Source: Carcharhinus amblyrhynchos
Taxonomy: Eukaryota
Length of the DNA stretch: 64,000 bases
Reading direction: 5' to 3'
Assembly (NCBI GenBank): GCA_965287045.1
Contig: OZ336889.1
Location: forward strand, 19,282,001 to 19,346,000
Positions 36,536-48,489 of the stretch are shown piece after piece. The translations under genes and the position numbers were made by a program. Numbering within the stretch: the first letter of the stretch is position 1; every line of letters starts with the position of its first letter. Under the pieces are notes generated by a model that saw nothing but the letters and a program-made list of their open reading frames with translations, did no database searches and was not told the DNA's origin.

Positions 36536-36738
36536 GGTCTTTCGAAGAACAAAACACTTGTTTGTTCGTCAGACTCTGCTTTTGGAGTTAGATCATTGGT
36601 GAATCCTCCTGCACCCTTTACCTGCCACCCTGCTGCATGAATCTATCTATCTACCTCCCTCCCCCCCTCCAATTTTCTATCTTGTTAGATTACAGGGATC
36701 CTGGGACTCTGGTGCTTGTCTTTCCAACAGAAGTTTTT

Positions 36739-36807
36739 TCTTCTTCTTCTTCGTCTTCTTCTTCGTCTTCGTCTTCGTCTTCGTCTTCTTCTCCCCCCCC
36801 CCCCCCG
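36739..36807. repeat. Compound (TCT)/(TCTTCG) microsatellite followed by poly-C
   Basis: Seen directly. Confidence 0.95.
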
Positions 36808-37069
36808 CCGTTACAGAGAACAAGGGCGGGCAGCCCTTGGCTGGGGGGGGGGGGGTCTTTATTCCAGGGAAAGGTGTGCTGCCTGATCGGCTTTGCTCCA
36901 GTGGGCCTTACCACAACACTTTTGCCAGCTCTGCAGCCAGGTGGTGAGATCCCTAATGCCTCAACAAGATTTTACCCTGTATTTCAGCTAGGGCCAAATG
37001 AGTGCTTTATTTGGTAGGTGGCGCACAGTTTCCTGGATTTTGTCCCTCATGTAGTATTCACATATTGCA

Positions 37070-37245
37070 AGTTAGCAACATTTAAGAGGAATCTGATGGT
37101 ACATGAATCGGGAGGGAAGAACGAGATACACCCCAATTAAGAACCAAAAGCTTGTTTTAGTTTACGTAGGGCATCACGATGGGCATGGGCTTGGAGGCCA
37201 AAGGGCCTGTTCCTGTGCTGTACTTTTTGTTTGGTTCATTGTTCT
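37070..37245 (+). mobile_element. CR1 3' tail
   Basis: acatttaagagg..ctgatgg..gggcttggaggccaaagggcctgttcctgtgctgta. Confidence 0.8.
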
Positions 37246-38384
37246 TATAAAGTCCAGGGTTCCACGTGCTTTGTTAAACTGTCCTTCAATAATTTGTGTA
37301 TTCTCATGTTCTCTCCTCATTGCTCCTTCTAAGATGTATCAACTCACAATTTCTGCATTGAATTTCATATTCTGTATCCACCAGCCTGGATATATTGCCA
37401 TGAAGTCTATTTTTCCCAGTGTTTATTACCTTTCCTAAATGTCATCATTTGCAAATGTTGAAATTATGGCCCTGTGCCCACACAAATCCAACACATTCTC
37501 ATCCGCAGTGGGAGACAGCAATCCATTCACTTCCACTCATCTTCTCAAAGGGACATGTCAGCCAAGTCAGTGATAACAAAATTGTGACCTCTGAGCTGAA
37601 TCTGCCAGAGTCCAGGCTCCTTTGAAAGTCCACTAACTTACCCCTCGTGGGTTTGAGGTCACTACCTGTTGGTGTTCCCAGGTCACATTCAGCTCCTCAG
37701 AATAAAAAGTGAGCGGAAATGTCGGTATTGCCCTAACACTGAATTAATCATTCGCAGACCGTGATGTGTGGAGTGGGCATGTGCTTTCACTTAAGCTTCA
37801 TCTATCACATTGTTTCTTCTATTCAGTACAGTTCAAAGATGTTTCAACGTTGTTTTGAACACCAATAGCCCGACTATCCACCGATCAAAATGTAATTTCA
37901 TCAAGACGCAACAATAAATGGATTAATTGGGCCATTTTAATGATTTTACTAACTTTAGGGAAGGCTGTTTGTTTGCATCCTGTCGCAAAAACGCTGGTAG
38001 TGGAGTTTGCAGGAGGAGGAACTATTTGGTTTGCACTATGATGATGTTGGACACAAGGGTGGCCTGTTCAGAGGATTGCTGCACAGAAAGAGCTCTACCG
38101 CTTTCTTACAATAGGATTGAATCCCTGCAGTACAGAAGGAGGTCATTCAGCCTGCTGAGTCAGATCGACTCTCCAACAGAGCACCTTACTCGGGTCCACC
38201 ACCTCAACATGAATACTCTGTGAAAGCTCCCTCAGTAACTCAGACTTACAGCATCTGTGCACTTGCAATGTCGTGCAGGGATGACTGAAGTCTGGGTTAT
38301 GTGTTCAAGTCTTGAGTTTTAGTGTCTATTATGTTTCTACTATCTGACCACTAACTGACCTGCAAACTTGCATGTGAACGTCTG

Positions 38385-39180
38385 AAATAGGTATATGAGT
38401 AGGCCATTCGGCCCCTTGACCCTGTTCTGCCATTCAATAAGATAATAACTGATTAATTTCAAATTTCACATTCCCGTCTACTCGGATAATCTTTGCTTCC
38501 TTTGCCTAACAATAATCTATCCGGCTTAAAAATATTCAGGAATCCCTTCCACTGCCTCCTGAGGCAGAGAGTTCCAAAATTGCACAACCTTCAAATTCTC
38601 AGCACTGTCCTAAAAGGGTTACCCTTAGTTCTGGCTCACCACAAGAAGAAACACCCTTTCCTAGTCCACACTGTTCATGATGTGATACACTTCAATCAAG
38701 TCATCCCTCACTCTTGTAAACTCCAGTGGGATCAAGCCTAGTCTGTCCAATCTGGCCTCATAAGCAACCCGCTCATTCCAGGCATCGATCAAGGAACCTC
38801 CTCTGAATTGCCTCCAATGCATTTACATAATTCCTCAAATAGGGAGATCAAAACTGTACACCATGGGCAGGATTTTCCAGTCCTTCCTTCTGGTGGGGTT
38901 TTCTGCCCCTCCAAAGTTGCACCCAGCCATGGATCCCGGTGGCAGGTTAGGCAAACCATGAAATTGCCACTGACTTTGGCAGGATTGGAAGATCCTACTA
39001 GCGGCCAATTGCGAGCAGCCTCCACCACTGGAAACAATGCCATAGGGGAGCTAGCAAGTTCTGTATGTAGGATGTGGTTTCACTAATGCCCTGTATAACT
39101 GGAGCGTAACATACCTTAATGTTCAACTCGTCTCGTAATAATGGATAGTCTTTTAATTATTTGCTGTCCCGACATACTAA
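38385..39180 (-). mobile_element. Old CR1 LINE interrupted by a MITE (38864-39063)
   Basis: taggccattcggcccc...gagagttccaaa...caaaactgtacac | gtggtttcactaatgccctgtataactg; MITE starts gggcaggattttcc. Confidence 0.8.
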
Positions 39181-39212
39181 TTTATTCTGACCTAACAGAG
39201 GTTTGCTTAGAT

Positions 39213-39339
39213 TAAAGCAAAATACTGCACGTTGAAACAAAAGATAGAAAATGCTGGAGCAACTCAGCAGGTCTGACAGCATCTGTGGAGAGAGAAATAG
39301 AGCCAATGTTTCTAGTCAGGATGATCCTTCTTCAGAGCT
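39213..39339 (-). mobile_element. Penelope-like end with degenerate hammerhead motif
   Basis: Reverse strand: agctCTGAAGAaggatcatcctgactaGAAAcaTTggct then ctctccacagatgctgtcagacctgctgag. Confidence 0.75.
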
Positions 39340-39987
39340 AGAGGTTTGTTTAAGCTTTCTGGTGCATACAATATTGGGATGGGTCCATTCATTTAAGTTA
39401 GTCGCTTGTTTATTGTCACTTTGGGCATTAGCCAGTTTGATCGGCAGCTGGACTGATCAAACCCTAACTCTGAGTAGGGGTGAGTCAAGGGTTAAGCTGT
39501 CAGATTCCTGCCTTCAGAAAAGATGAAGATGCTGTGAAGCCGCGACAGTCTGTGAGATCTGGTAAAGAAGCCAGACCTAAAGATAGAAATTTCTCTCCTT
39601 AAGTACAGGGTTGGCTAGGTTCAGTGAGGGTGCGTGTCTGAAAGTTGTATTTAGCTCGCTACCAGGAACAGTGTGGTTTGTGTTGTTAGTTTCTGATTTA
39701 GAAGGAATGTCGCAAAAAAAACTGAGAGAATGTTTTATGCAGGCTGTAAATTTGTAACCATCTTAAACCCCGTATCCTTTCGATTTGAGGCAAGAATGCT
39801 TGCAGCTGAATCACTCTGACTTGCAGGACACTCCAGTGTACTGAGCCAAGGGAAACGTCCCCAGTTTTTTTTACAACCTTCCCTTTTTATTCAGATTAAA
39901 TTGATTGACCGCTAAAGTGACTGAACAGGTGAAATCTTAATAATTCCACCATGTGCTTGTTTTTCTCGCCATCACAAAGCAATTTGG

Positions 39988-40372
39988 AGGGGGGAGGTGG
40001 TAATGTAGTGGTCGTATCACTGGATTTAAATCCTAGGACCAAGCTAATACTCTGGGGACAAAGAGTTTAAATCCCACCGTGACAGCTGCTGGAATTTAAA
40101 TTCAATTGATAAAATCTGGAACTGAAAGCTAGGCTCAGTGGCCTTGAAAACTATTGTCAAGTGTCATTGAAACATATTTGGTTCACTAATACCCTTCTGC
40201 GAAGAAAACTGCCATCTTTACCTGGTCTGGTCTACGTGTGACTCCAGGCCCACAGCAATGTGGTTGATTTTTAACTGCACTCTAGCAAACCACTCAGTTC
40301 AAGGGCAATTCGGAATGGGCAACAAATGTTGGCCTTGTCAGTGATGCCCACATCCCATAAAAGAATAAATAA
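39988..40372 (+). mobile_element. SINE-C copy, full length
   Basis: gggaggtggtaatgtagtgg head; tail gggcaacaaatgttggccttgtcagtgatgcccacatcccat. Confidence 0.9.
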
Positions 40373-40443
40373 AGTTTGAATTTTTAAATGCGTATGTTAA
40401 GTGAAGGGTTTGTGATTGGAAGAAAGAGATGACCATCTTCGAA

Positions 40444-40750
40444 TCATAAAATCCTTACAGGTGCAGAAGGAGGCCATTTGGCCTATCAAGCCTGCACCAA
40501 TAACAATTCCACCCAGGCCCCCCCTCCCTGTAACACCACGTATTTACACTGCAAATCGCCCTGACAATAAGGGGGCAATTTAACATGGCCAATCAACCTA
40601 ACCTGCACATCTTTAGAGTGTGGGAGGCACCCCGAGGAAACCCACACAGACACGGGTAGAACGTGCAAACTCCACCCAGACAATCACCGAAGGCTGGAAT
40701 TGAACCTGGATCCCTGGCGCTGTGAGACAGCAATGTTAATCACTGTGCCG
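40444..40750 (-). mobile_element. HE1-type V-SINE, tail A
   Basis: Family motifs. Confidence 0.92.
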
Positions 40751-40924
40751 ATTCAGTTCATCAGTACAGTTCTTGGTAGTTCTCCTGTACTCTGTCGGTC
40801 TTGAATTTTCTATTTTTTGTTCAAAGTGACAGATACCTGCGCTGACGATTTCAACATCCCCTTGAATTTTCTTTCTATATCTGATTTTGAAAAAAGATGC
40901 TGCTTTTTCTGGAATATGTTTACT

Positions 40925-41270
40925 TTATTCTTTTATCGGATGTGGGTGTCGCTGACAAGACCAGCAACATTTGTTGCCCATCCCTAACTGCCTTTGAGCT
41001 GAGTGGTTGGCCACATCTTTTCAGAGGGCAGCCACATGGTCGGGCCTCACTTATAGGCCAGACCAGGTAAGGATGGCAGATTTCTTTCCCTAAAGGGCGT
41101 TCGTGAATCAGATAGGTTTCATGGTCACCGTTACTGAGAATGACTTTTCAATGCCGGATTTATTAATTAAATTTAAATCCCACTAGCTTCCATGGTGGGA
41201 TTTGAACCTTTGTCCGCAGAACATTAGCCTGGGCCTCTGGAATACTAACTCAGTGATGTTATTATCATTT
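40925..41270 (-). mobile_element. SINE-C copy
   Basis: ggatgtgggtgtcgctgac...ggtaaggatggcagattt...gtgggatttgaacc. Confidence 0.85.
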
Positions 41271-41574
41271 CCATTCGAACATTCAGAGGTTACACGCAGC
41301 CCGTTCCAAATTATTTCACTTGTCATTATCTTGCAGTCAGACCGGATCAACAGCACATGGAGCAGCATTAAGTGATTAGCTTTCAACAAATCTGCAATAC
41401 TATCCTCTTAAGGTTGAAAGCCACAACTTGATGTTCCCCAGCGCTCCTGAGGCATTTGATATATTGATAGAGATTGAATATATGGAATGCAGGGATTGGG
41501 TGTGTGCCGTCCCAAGGGCTGGAACTGGAAACAATCAATGGTTTTAGAGACCCCCAGCAATTGGGCAACACTTG

Positions 41575-42220
41575 TAAAAAGATAAAGACGTTCATTTATA
41601 TTGTGCCTTTCACCGGACATCTTCAAGCACCTTCCACCCAATGGAAATCCTTTGAACGGTTAATCGCTGTTGTTATACCACAGTCAAGCCCCCACAAACA
41701 ACAACATAATGAGCAGATAATCTTGTTTTTTTGTGGTGTTGATTGAGGGATGAATATTGGCCAGGACACCATAGATAGCCTCACTAAAACGTTTCTGATG
41801 TAGTGCCATGGGACAGGCGGCACAGGGGTTAGCACTGTGCCTCACAGCACCCAGGGACCTGGGTTCAATTCCTGGCTTGGGTCACTGTGCGGAGTCTACA
41901 TGTTCTCCCCATGTCTGCATGGATTTCCTCTGGGTGCTTCGGTTTCTTTCCACAGCCTGAAAGGTGTGCTGGTTCGGTGCATTGGCTGTGCTAAGTTCTC
42001 CCTCAATGTACCCAAACGGGCGCTAGGGGATTTTCATAACCCTGTTGCAGTGTTAATGTAAGCCTACTTGTGACACTAATAAAAGAAGAAACTTTTAAAC
42101 TTTGAGAAAAAATTTTAAAAAAGCTCAGTGCTGCACGGAAGCATCAACCTTGATTGTTGCACTCAGCTCCTATTCTAGAGTGGGACTCGAACTCGCAACC
42201 TTGTAATTCAGAGGGGAGTA
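41575..42220 (-). mobile_element. Deu-domain SINE (SacSINE1-like) interrupted by an HE1 SINE
   Basis: aagacgttcatttatattgtgcctttcac...cccacaaaca...gattgagggatgaatattggccaggacacc...tagtgccatggga | ...gagtgggactcgaactc. Confidence 0.8.
41816..42103 (+). mobile_element. HE1-type V-SINE, tail B
   Basis: Ends gcagtgttaatgtaagcctacttgtgacactaataaa. Confidence 0.92.
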
Positions 42221-42292
42221 AGCTCCGGCTGATGCTGCAAGCCTGGAAGTGGATGTTTGCTGCTGCGGCAGATAGCCAAAGATTAGACAAGT

Positions 42293-42480
42293 GGGCTAAG
42301 ATTCTCTGTCCTCCCTGCAGCGCTTTCTCGGTGGCGAGAGGTGGCGTGCCGTTGGCCAGAGGCGGGATGGACTGGTCATTGGGATTTCTCACTGATCTCA
42401 GCCCACACTGCTGGGAAATAAACAGCAGAAGTATGTCTTCAGCAGGACCAGAAGATCCCACTGGCATGAGGAGAGGTTCC
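42293..42480. mobile_element. MITE fragment (family of 38864)
   Basis: gggctaagattctctg...gccgttggccagaggcggga...gaagatcccactggc. Confidence 0.5.
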
Positions 42481-43014
42481 CTTGCTGTAGGATACTTTGA
42501 TTTGGACACATGTCATGGGAGTTAATTGCTAACAATTGCTCAAGAACTTGAGCTTTGGAACAGAGAATAGTTATCTACCAAAACAAACAAATTGTATTTT
42601 GTGGGAAAATGGCACCATCTATCTATAGCGCCGTGACATTAGCTATTGGTCATTGTAATGACAAGTTTGACAACGGGAATCTTGGTTTAAATTATGTATG
42701 CTGCTTTTTCAAAATGTAAAATAAAAAGAGTCAGATTATACTTGTGACTGATGATTTGTGCTGAAGCAAATGCAACTATTCATGAGGGAAACGCAAGATG
42801 AATGAATTCAGGAGCATTGGGGACAAGCTGAGTTTGGTATATACATTAAGTAGAATGTAAGGCTATTCTGTTTCCTCCTCATTCTGTTGTATCATTATTG
42901 ATGGAACGCTTATCCATTAATCTACTGATCTTTGTGATTCTCTTTTGAAGTTTCGTCTTGCTTGCCTCTCTGCCACTTCACACCCACCATTTCAACGTTT
43001 TCTCATTCTTTAAT

Positions 43015-43282
43015 TAATTTGACATTAAAAAATGTCAAAAGTAGGCTGATATTAACATTGCAATGAAGTTACTGTGAAAATCTCCTAGTCGCCACACTTC
43101 GGTCCCTATTCGGGTACACTCGGGGAGAATTTAGCATGGCCAATGCACCCAACCAGCACGTCTTTCAAACTGGGAGGAAACTGGCGCACTCTGAGGAAAC
43201 TCACGCAGACTCCACACAGACAGTGACCCAACCTTGAACCTGGGACCCTGGCATTGTGAGGCAGCAGTGCTAACCACTGTCT
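43015..43282 (-). mobile_element. HE1-type V-SINE, tail B
   Basis: Family motifs. Confidence 0.9.
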
Positions 43283-44462
43283 CACTCGGTGGCCTCAGCT
43301 CTATTCATGACCCCTTCTCACTATGCACGTGCACAGTGGATCACTAAAATAGGCAGTCAAGCCCTTAGTTAAACATCTCATCCCAAGGATCACACCTCCA
43401 CAATTCAGCACTGAAATCGATCTAGGTTATGTGATTTCTTTTTGTATTCGACTGTAATTTTCAATTAGAAATTATTTTGTGATATGCCACCTACCACAAA
43501 AGAGTATTGTTGAACAAAGAGCTTTCTAAACGGTACGAAAACATCTATACCGTGCTCGGCAGCCAAATTACCAGGTGTGAATTTTATCTTGATGATCAGC
43601 TTTGTGTTTGTAGAAATTGAGGTTCAAAGCCGAGCAAAAGACTAGGAATTAGCCTACTCGCAATCAGCCTGGATAAACTGGGATAAATTGCTCACAGGTA
43701 AAGAAACAGACTGGTCTTTAACTTGCTGTCAGTGACGTTAACAATCAATTTTAATGTATTTTTAAACATTTCTTCATACCATTGTTTTTTGTGAAGTGGT
43801 GCTCCTGGTTTCTGTTTAAAATGACTGATAAGAGCATCTGTTGCATTGTCTGTACCTGCATTGCAATGTAATGTAAAGATGCTTAGCACAGCAAGGATTA
43901 ATATGGGACTGAAGAATAGCAGCACCCGCTGTATGACATATTGAGATACGTGGTAATAGATTCAGAGAGAACACTCTGAAAGCAGCCGACCTTCATGGGG
44001 CAACACCATGCACAACAATAACCTGGAACCTGTCAACAGTTAAAGACGAATGACAAATGGTTCATGTTTACAAGTACGTGCAAGTCTCAAAAGTCTCATC
44101 ATTGAGACAATTAAAGAACCCATATGCAACAGAGTGCAAAGCATTGTAATAATACTACCTTCAATAATCATTAATTTACATTGTTCGCTTCATCACATGT
44201 TCCCAGTCCAGCCTCATGAGAACAGTTATTCATGGAACAAATTTAACCTGTAATTCTCACAATGAAGGAAAACAATTCATTCAATTAAAGACGTAAAATA
44301 TAAAATATTTTTCGTAAAATTGTAAAATTTTGTAAGATAGTAAAATATAAAAGTTTCACCTGAAGCTCTGTACATGGTTGGACAATTTTGATCAAGGTGT
44401 CAGTCTTAGCCTTTTCTTATTGGACTCTGCACTCCTAAAGTTCCATCCTTGTGATTTTTAAG

Positions 44463-44755
44463 GGGTGGCACGGTGGCATAGTGGTTAGCACTGTTGCCTC
44501 AGAGTGCCAGGGACTTGGGTTCAATTCCTGGCTCGAGTCACTGTCTGTGTGGAGTTCGCACACCCTCCCTGTGCCAGCGTGGGTTTCCTCCGGCTGTTCT
44601 GATTTCCTCCCGCTGTCTGAAAGACGTCCTAGTTGGGTGCATTGACTGAAAAAGACACTGGAGTGTGGCAACAAAGGGATTTTCGCGTTAACTTCATTGC
44701 AGTGTTAATATAAGCCTTACTAGTGATTAACAAATAAGCGTTATGTTACTTTACT
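44463..44755 (+). mobile_element. HE1-type V-SINE, tail B
   Basis: gggtggcacggtggcatagtggttagcact...aacttcattgcagtgttaat. Confidence 0.9.
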
Positions 44756-44895
44756 TTTTTTATTTTACTTTCAGATTTTGACTTTAACTGGAAAGAGCAA
44801 ACTAGGTGTGGATTTCTTAATCTAGATGGAATTGATTGATTTTTGTTCAGAACTTGTGAATTTCTTTTCAATATTATTTTAAGAACAGAGGAGTG

Positions 44896-45233
44896 TGCAA
44901 AGATGTGCAGATTAATTGGATTAGCTAGGCTAAATTGCCCTTTTGTGTCCAAATATATGCAGGTTAGATGGATTAGCCAGGCTAAATTGCCCTTTTGTGT
45001 CCAAATATGTGCAGGTTAGATGGATTAGCCAGGTTAAATTGTCCCTTTGTGTACAAAGAGGTGTACGTTAGGTAGATCAACCATGGTAAATATATAGGTT
45101 AGGGGAATTAGCATGGTAAATGCATGGGGTTACAGGGATAGGATGGAGGGGAGGGCCTGGGGGATGCTTTTTCAGAGACTCAGTGCAGACTTGATGGGCC
45201 GAATGGCCTCTTTGTGCCCAGTAGAGATTCTAT
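44896..45233 (+). mobile_element. HE1-type SINE 3' part with a tandemly amplified ~52-bp internal unit
   Basis: caaa.atgtgcaggttagatggattagccaggctaaattgcccttttgtgtc occurs 3 times plus a partial fourth; tail A. Confidence 0.88.
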
Positions 45234-46169
45234 TTTATGGTTGAGCAAGCTGCATTAAATAAGTCAAAGCCTATTTGGATCCTTAAAAGGATGAACATAA
45301 AGCATAGGTCAAGAGGTCTATGAACTTTGCTGATTCAGTGAGCAGTTAAAGCTGAAGGCTTTATTTACTGTATTTACTCTCTAGCTTCCTGGCAGCATGT
45401 CACTTCTAATGAAAGCACAGTGGTTGGCCTTCCTCCATCTTGATCAAATACTTGTGTCCCGGTTCTAGTTGTCCTTTTTTATGTGCAAGGAACCTCTGCT
45501 TACATATGTGGGTGAAGGCCTCAGACTTGTGGTGTTTTATAACGGTCTGTGTTATGTGATTTGTACATGATCTGATTCTTTATAACAGTATGGATTTTCG
45601 TGGGGGTGGACTGCCCTGAAATGCTGAAGTGCTGTTAAGTCTGTCTCGGAGGTAAAGCCTCGATGTGAAGGGAATATATTTTATCACAGAAATTTAAAAA
45701 AAAAATTTGTTTGCCTCCCTGTGTCAGTGTGACATTTTAAAAGCCATGCATCTGTCAGGGGAGTGACGCCTACGATACTGTGTAGTTCATTAATCCTAAC
45801 TGCACCATTTCTCATTCAAAGCTGTCTTTAGGAAATATTACTCATATTTGGAGAGCTATGCAGGCTGAATTTTAAATGATCAGAAATCACTGGGCTTTTT
45901 TTCCCTTCCAGGTAATGAAATTTTAAAACAGCTTTCTTTCAGCTGAATTTGTTGCTCTTTTTGCTGACAGCACCAAGGAACGAAATAGCGTTCCGTCTCA
46001 GTACCCTGATCAGCCTCAGGCTAGGCTCAACTTACCCCACTCCCCATCAAAGCCAGCACAGAGGGATTTCCCCTGCTGTACCAGCATTACATTTCCATTC
46101 TCTGCCTTGTCTTCCTCCAGACCATCCTTGGCATTAAATTAGATAAAGTTATATATTATGTGGGTGACA

Positions 46170-46290
46170 CAATGATTCGCACCGCTGCCTCACAGCACTG
46201 GGAACCCAGGTTCGACTCCAGTCTAGGATGACTGTGTGGAGTTTGCACATTCTCCCTTGTCTGTGTGAGTTTCCCCTGGGTGCTCCTGTT
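46170..46290 (+). mobile_element. HE1-type SINE 5' part
   Basis: gctgcctcacagcactgggaacccaggttcgactcc...gtggagtttgcacattctcc. Confidence 0.85.
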
Positions 46291-46304
46291 TTGTCCTGGG
46301 CCTT

Positions 46305-46671
46305 TAGAATCATAGATTCCCCTCTGCCCTGACTCTCTGAAAGAATATCCTACCCTGGCGCACTCCTTTGTAACTCCCCTTGGGTCCCTAATAACCCTGT
46401 GCATCGCCAATACGCGTTTTTGGTCACTAAGGGACGATTTAACTTGGTCAATCTACCTAACCTGCACGTCTTTGGACATTTAAGGGGAAATTTACCATGG
46501 TCAATCCACCGAGTCTGCACACTTTTAGACTGTGGAAGGAAACGAGAGCAGCCAGAGGAAACCCACACAGTGGGTGAATGTGAAAACTCCCCACAGTCAC
46601 CCAAGACCCCAATTGAATCCAGGCCACTGGCGCTGAGAGGAAGCAGTGCTAACCACTGTGCCATCGTGCCC
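46305..46671 (-). mobile_element. HE1-type V-SINE (older variant with duplicated V segment)
   Basis: tagaatcatagattcc...cctaacctgcacgtctttggac...gcagtgctaaccactgtgccatcgtgcc. Confidence 0.88.
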
Positions 46672-47369
46672 CCCCACCCACCACGACCCCCCCCCCCAAC
46701 CCACCCCCACCATGCCGCCTCCACCCCACCCCACCCCACCCCACACCCCAGTACCTTTGGGTTTAGATAAGCTACTACTCAAATAGAGCTTAAAAACCCC
46801 TGATCTGATTGCTAATAACAAACAGTTAAACCTCGGTGAGGTGAAGTCATGGATTGCTTATTGAAATTAAACTATTAAAGGGTTTAAAATCATCAGCTGT
46901 GCAATTCTTTTTTTTATTGCCAGATATTTCCGTTTTCCATTCGCGATGTCTTTTTCACTGATGATGCCATGGGTTGATCCCCTACCATGTTTCTCCAATT
47001 AATTGCTCCACTCATGAGTTTGCTCAGTAAAATTCTGAATTAATGTTTAATGTTCAGATTCCAAACTGAGACATCTCAAATGCAGATTTTTTAATGTAAT
47101 TGCTCTATACAGTGTCAGAAATGTGACTGTGCCGGTGGATGAATGATTTTATAACCGACCCCAGGGAGGAAAGAATTCTCTTTTTCTTTACCCCTGCCTG
47201 TGCAATATTCGAACCCAAGTGAAGAAATCAGTGCTGTCATACCAGCCTCTTTCATTGAATCTGTCCCGTATGTGGAAGCGTTATTGCACCTAAATGTGGC
47301 CCATATTTATATGATTTACCAAGAGCAGAAAAATGTATTGACTGGTTTTTATACTTGGCCTACCCTCAA

Positions 47370-47695
47370 AAAATAGAAGCAGGAAGAGGTCATCAGGCCC
47401 TTCAAGCCTGTACTGCCTTTCAATATGATCGTAGCTTCTCTATGCTGGCTTCAACTCCATCTCTGTGCCATTTCCCCACAGATCTTTATTCCTTGATCTA
47501 TGAAATGTTTATCCACCTTCACTTCTAATGATCCAGCCTCTAGCACTCTTTGGAGCAGTGAATTCCAGAGATTCACCACCCTCTGTGAGAAGATATTCGT
47601 ACAGTTTTAAATGACAGGCCCTTTATCTTGTAGCTACGTCCCCTTGTTCGAGACTCTCCCACTGAAGAAATGTCTCACCATTTACCCGGTCAAGT
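47370..47695 (-). mobile_element. CR1 3' end (old)
   Basis: tagaagcaggaagaggtcatcaggccc...gaattccagagattcaccaccctctg...cccttgttc. Confidence 0.8.
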
Positions 47696-47744
47696 TAACA
47701 AGTTGCAAGTTTCAACCTACTAATCAAGAATAATATTGAGGAAG

Positions 47745-48017
47745 AAATGCGGCTCATTGAGCCTGTGCCGACAACAATCCCACCCAGGCCCTATCCCCTA
47801 CCCCCATGTATTTGTCCTGTTAGTTCCCCTGACACTAGGGGTCAACTTAACATGGCCAATCGAGCGAACCTGCACATCTTTGGACTGTGGGAGGAAACTC
47901 AGGCAGACAATGGGAGAATGTGCAGACTCCACACAGACAGTGACCCGAGGCCAGAACTGAACCCGGGTCCCTGGTGCTGTGAGGCAGCAGCGTTAGCCAC
48001 TAAGCAATTGTGCTGCC
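47745..48017 (-). mobile_element. HE1-type V-SINE, tail A
   Basis: Family motifs. Confidence 0.9.
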
Positions 48018-48242
48018 CCTAAATTAGTTTTTAAAGTTTAGAATGTAATGTTCCTCTCCTGGAGATGCTTCCTGGGGATCCAGCTTCCCAGGATCTGATT
48101 GTCGTCTGCTACTTTGGCCAAATAAATATGCTTCTTGGATGTCAGAGGGATTTTTGCTCATTGACAGTGTCTCATCCGAACCTGAATCCAACCTTGTAGA
48201 GTGAACTTTCTATTTGCTGCTTGTGGCATTGTTGTGGTTGGA

Positions 48243-48290
48243 GGGGTGCCGGAGGTGGGGGGTGGGGGGGTGGGGGGTTGGGGGGGGGTG
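48243..48290 (+). repeat. G-rich tract with G-quadruplex potential
   Basis: Multiple runs of 4-9 G separated by 1-2 nt. Confidence 0.8.
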
Positions 48291-48291
48291 T

Positions 48292-48476
48292 GGTTTGCTG
48301 AGGGACAAAAAAAATTTTCGATAAAATAAAGTGTCAAGATGGAGGAGAAAGGTCACCACCTAAAATTGTCCAAGATCTTCAAGTCAACATTCAGTTCAAC
48401 AACTATAGACTCTCAACTTTCTCCTCTGTCTTGACACTTTTCTTAATCCAAATTTTTTTTTGGCCCAACACAAACC
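48292..48476. repeat. Imperfect palindrome/hairpin element (MITE-like)
   Basis: ~60-bp arms: ggtttg..ggacaaaaaaaattt..aaagtgtcaagatggaggagaaag / ctttctcctctgtcttgacacttt..aaattttttttggccc..caaacc. Confidence 0.85.
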
Positions 48477-48489
48477 CTCCCACTTTTTC

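Noticed and set aside
36536-36595. CUGACGA...GAAA on the minus strand of the 60-bp duplicate as a hammerhead
   Set aside because: The hairpin is separated from GAAA by extra unpaired bases, no stem I/III geometry is evident, and the other copy reads CUAACGA.
36637-37017. Poly-Ser/Pro (+) and poly-Glu/Asp (-) ORFs
   Set aside because: They arise from the (TCT)/(TCG) microsatellite and poly-C tract.
39360-39960. Possible solo LTR (similar impression at 13040-13300 and 17445-17640)
   Set aside because: I could not identify clear TG..CA termini, a TSD or a second copy.
44896-45090. Regularly spaced repeats resembling a CRISPR array
   Set aside because: The units are contiguous SINE-derived tandem copies without unique spacers, in a vertebrate context with no cas genes.
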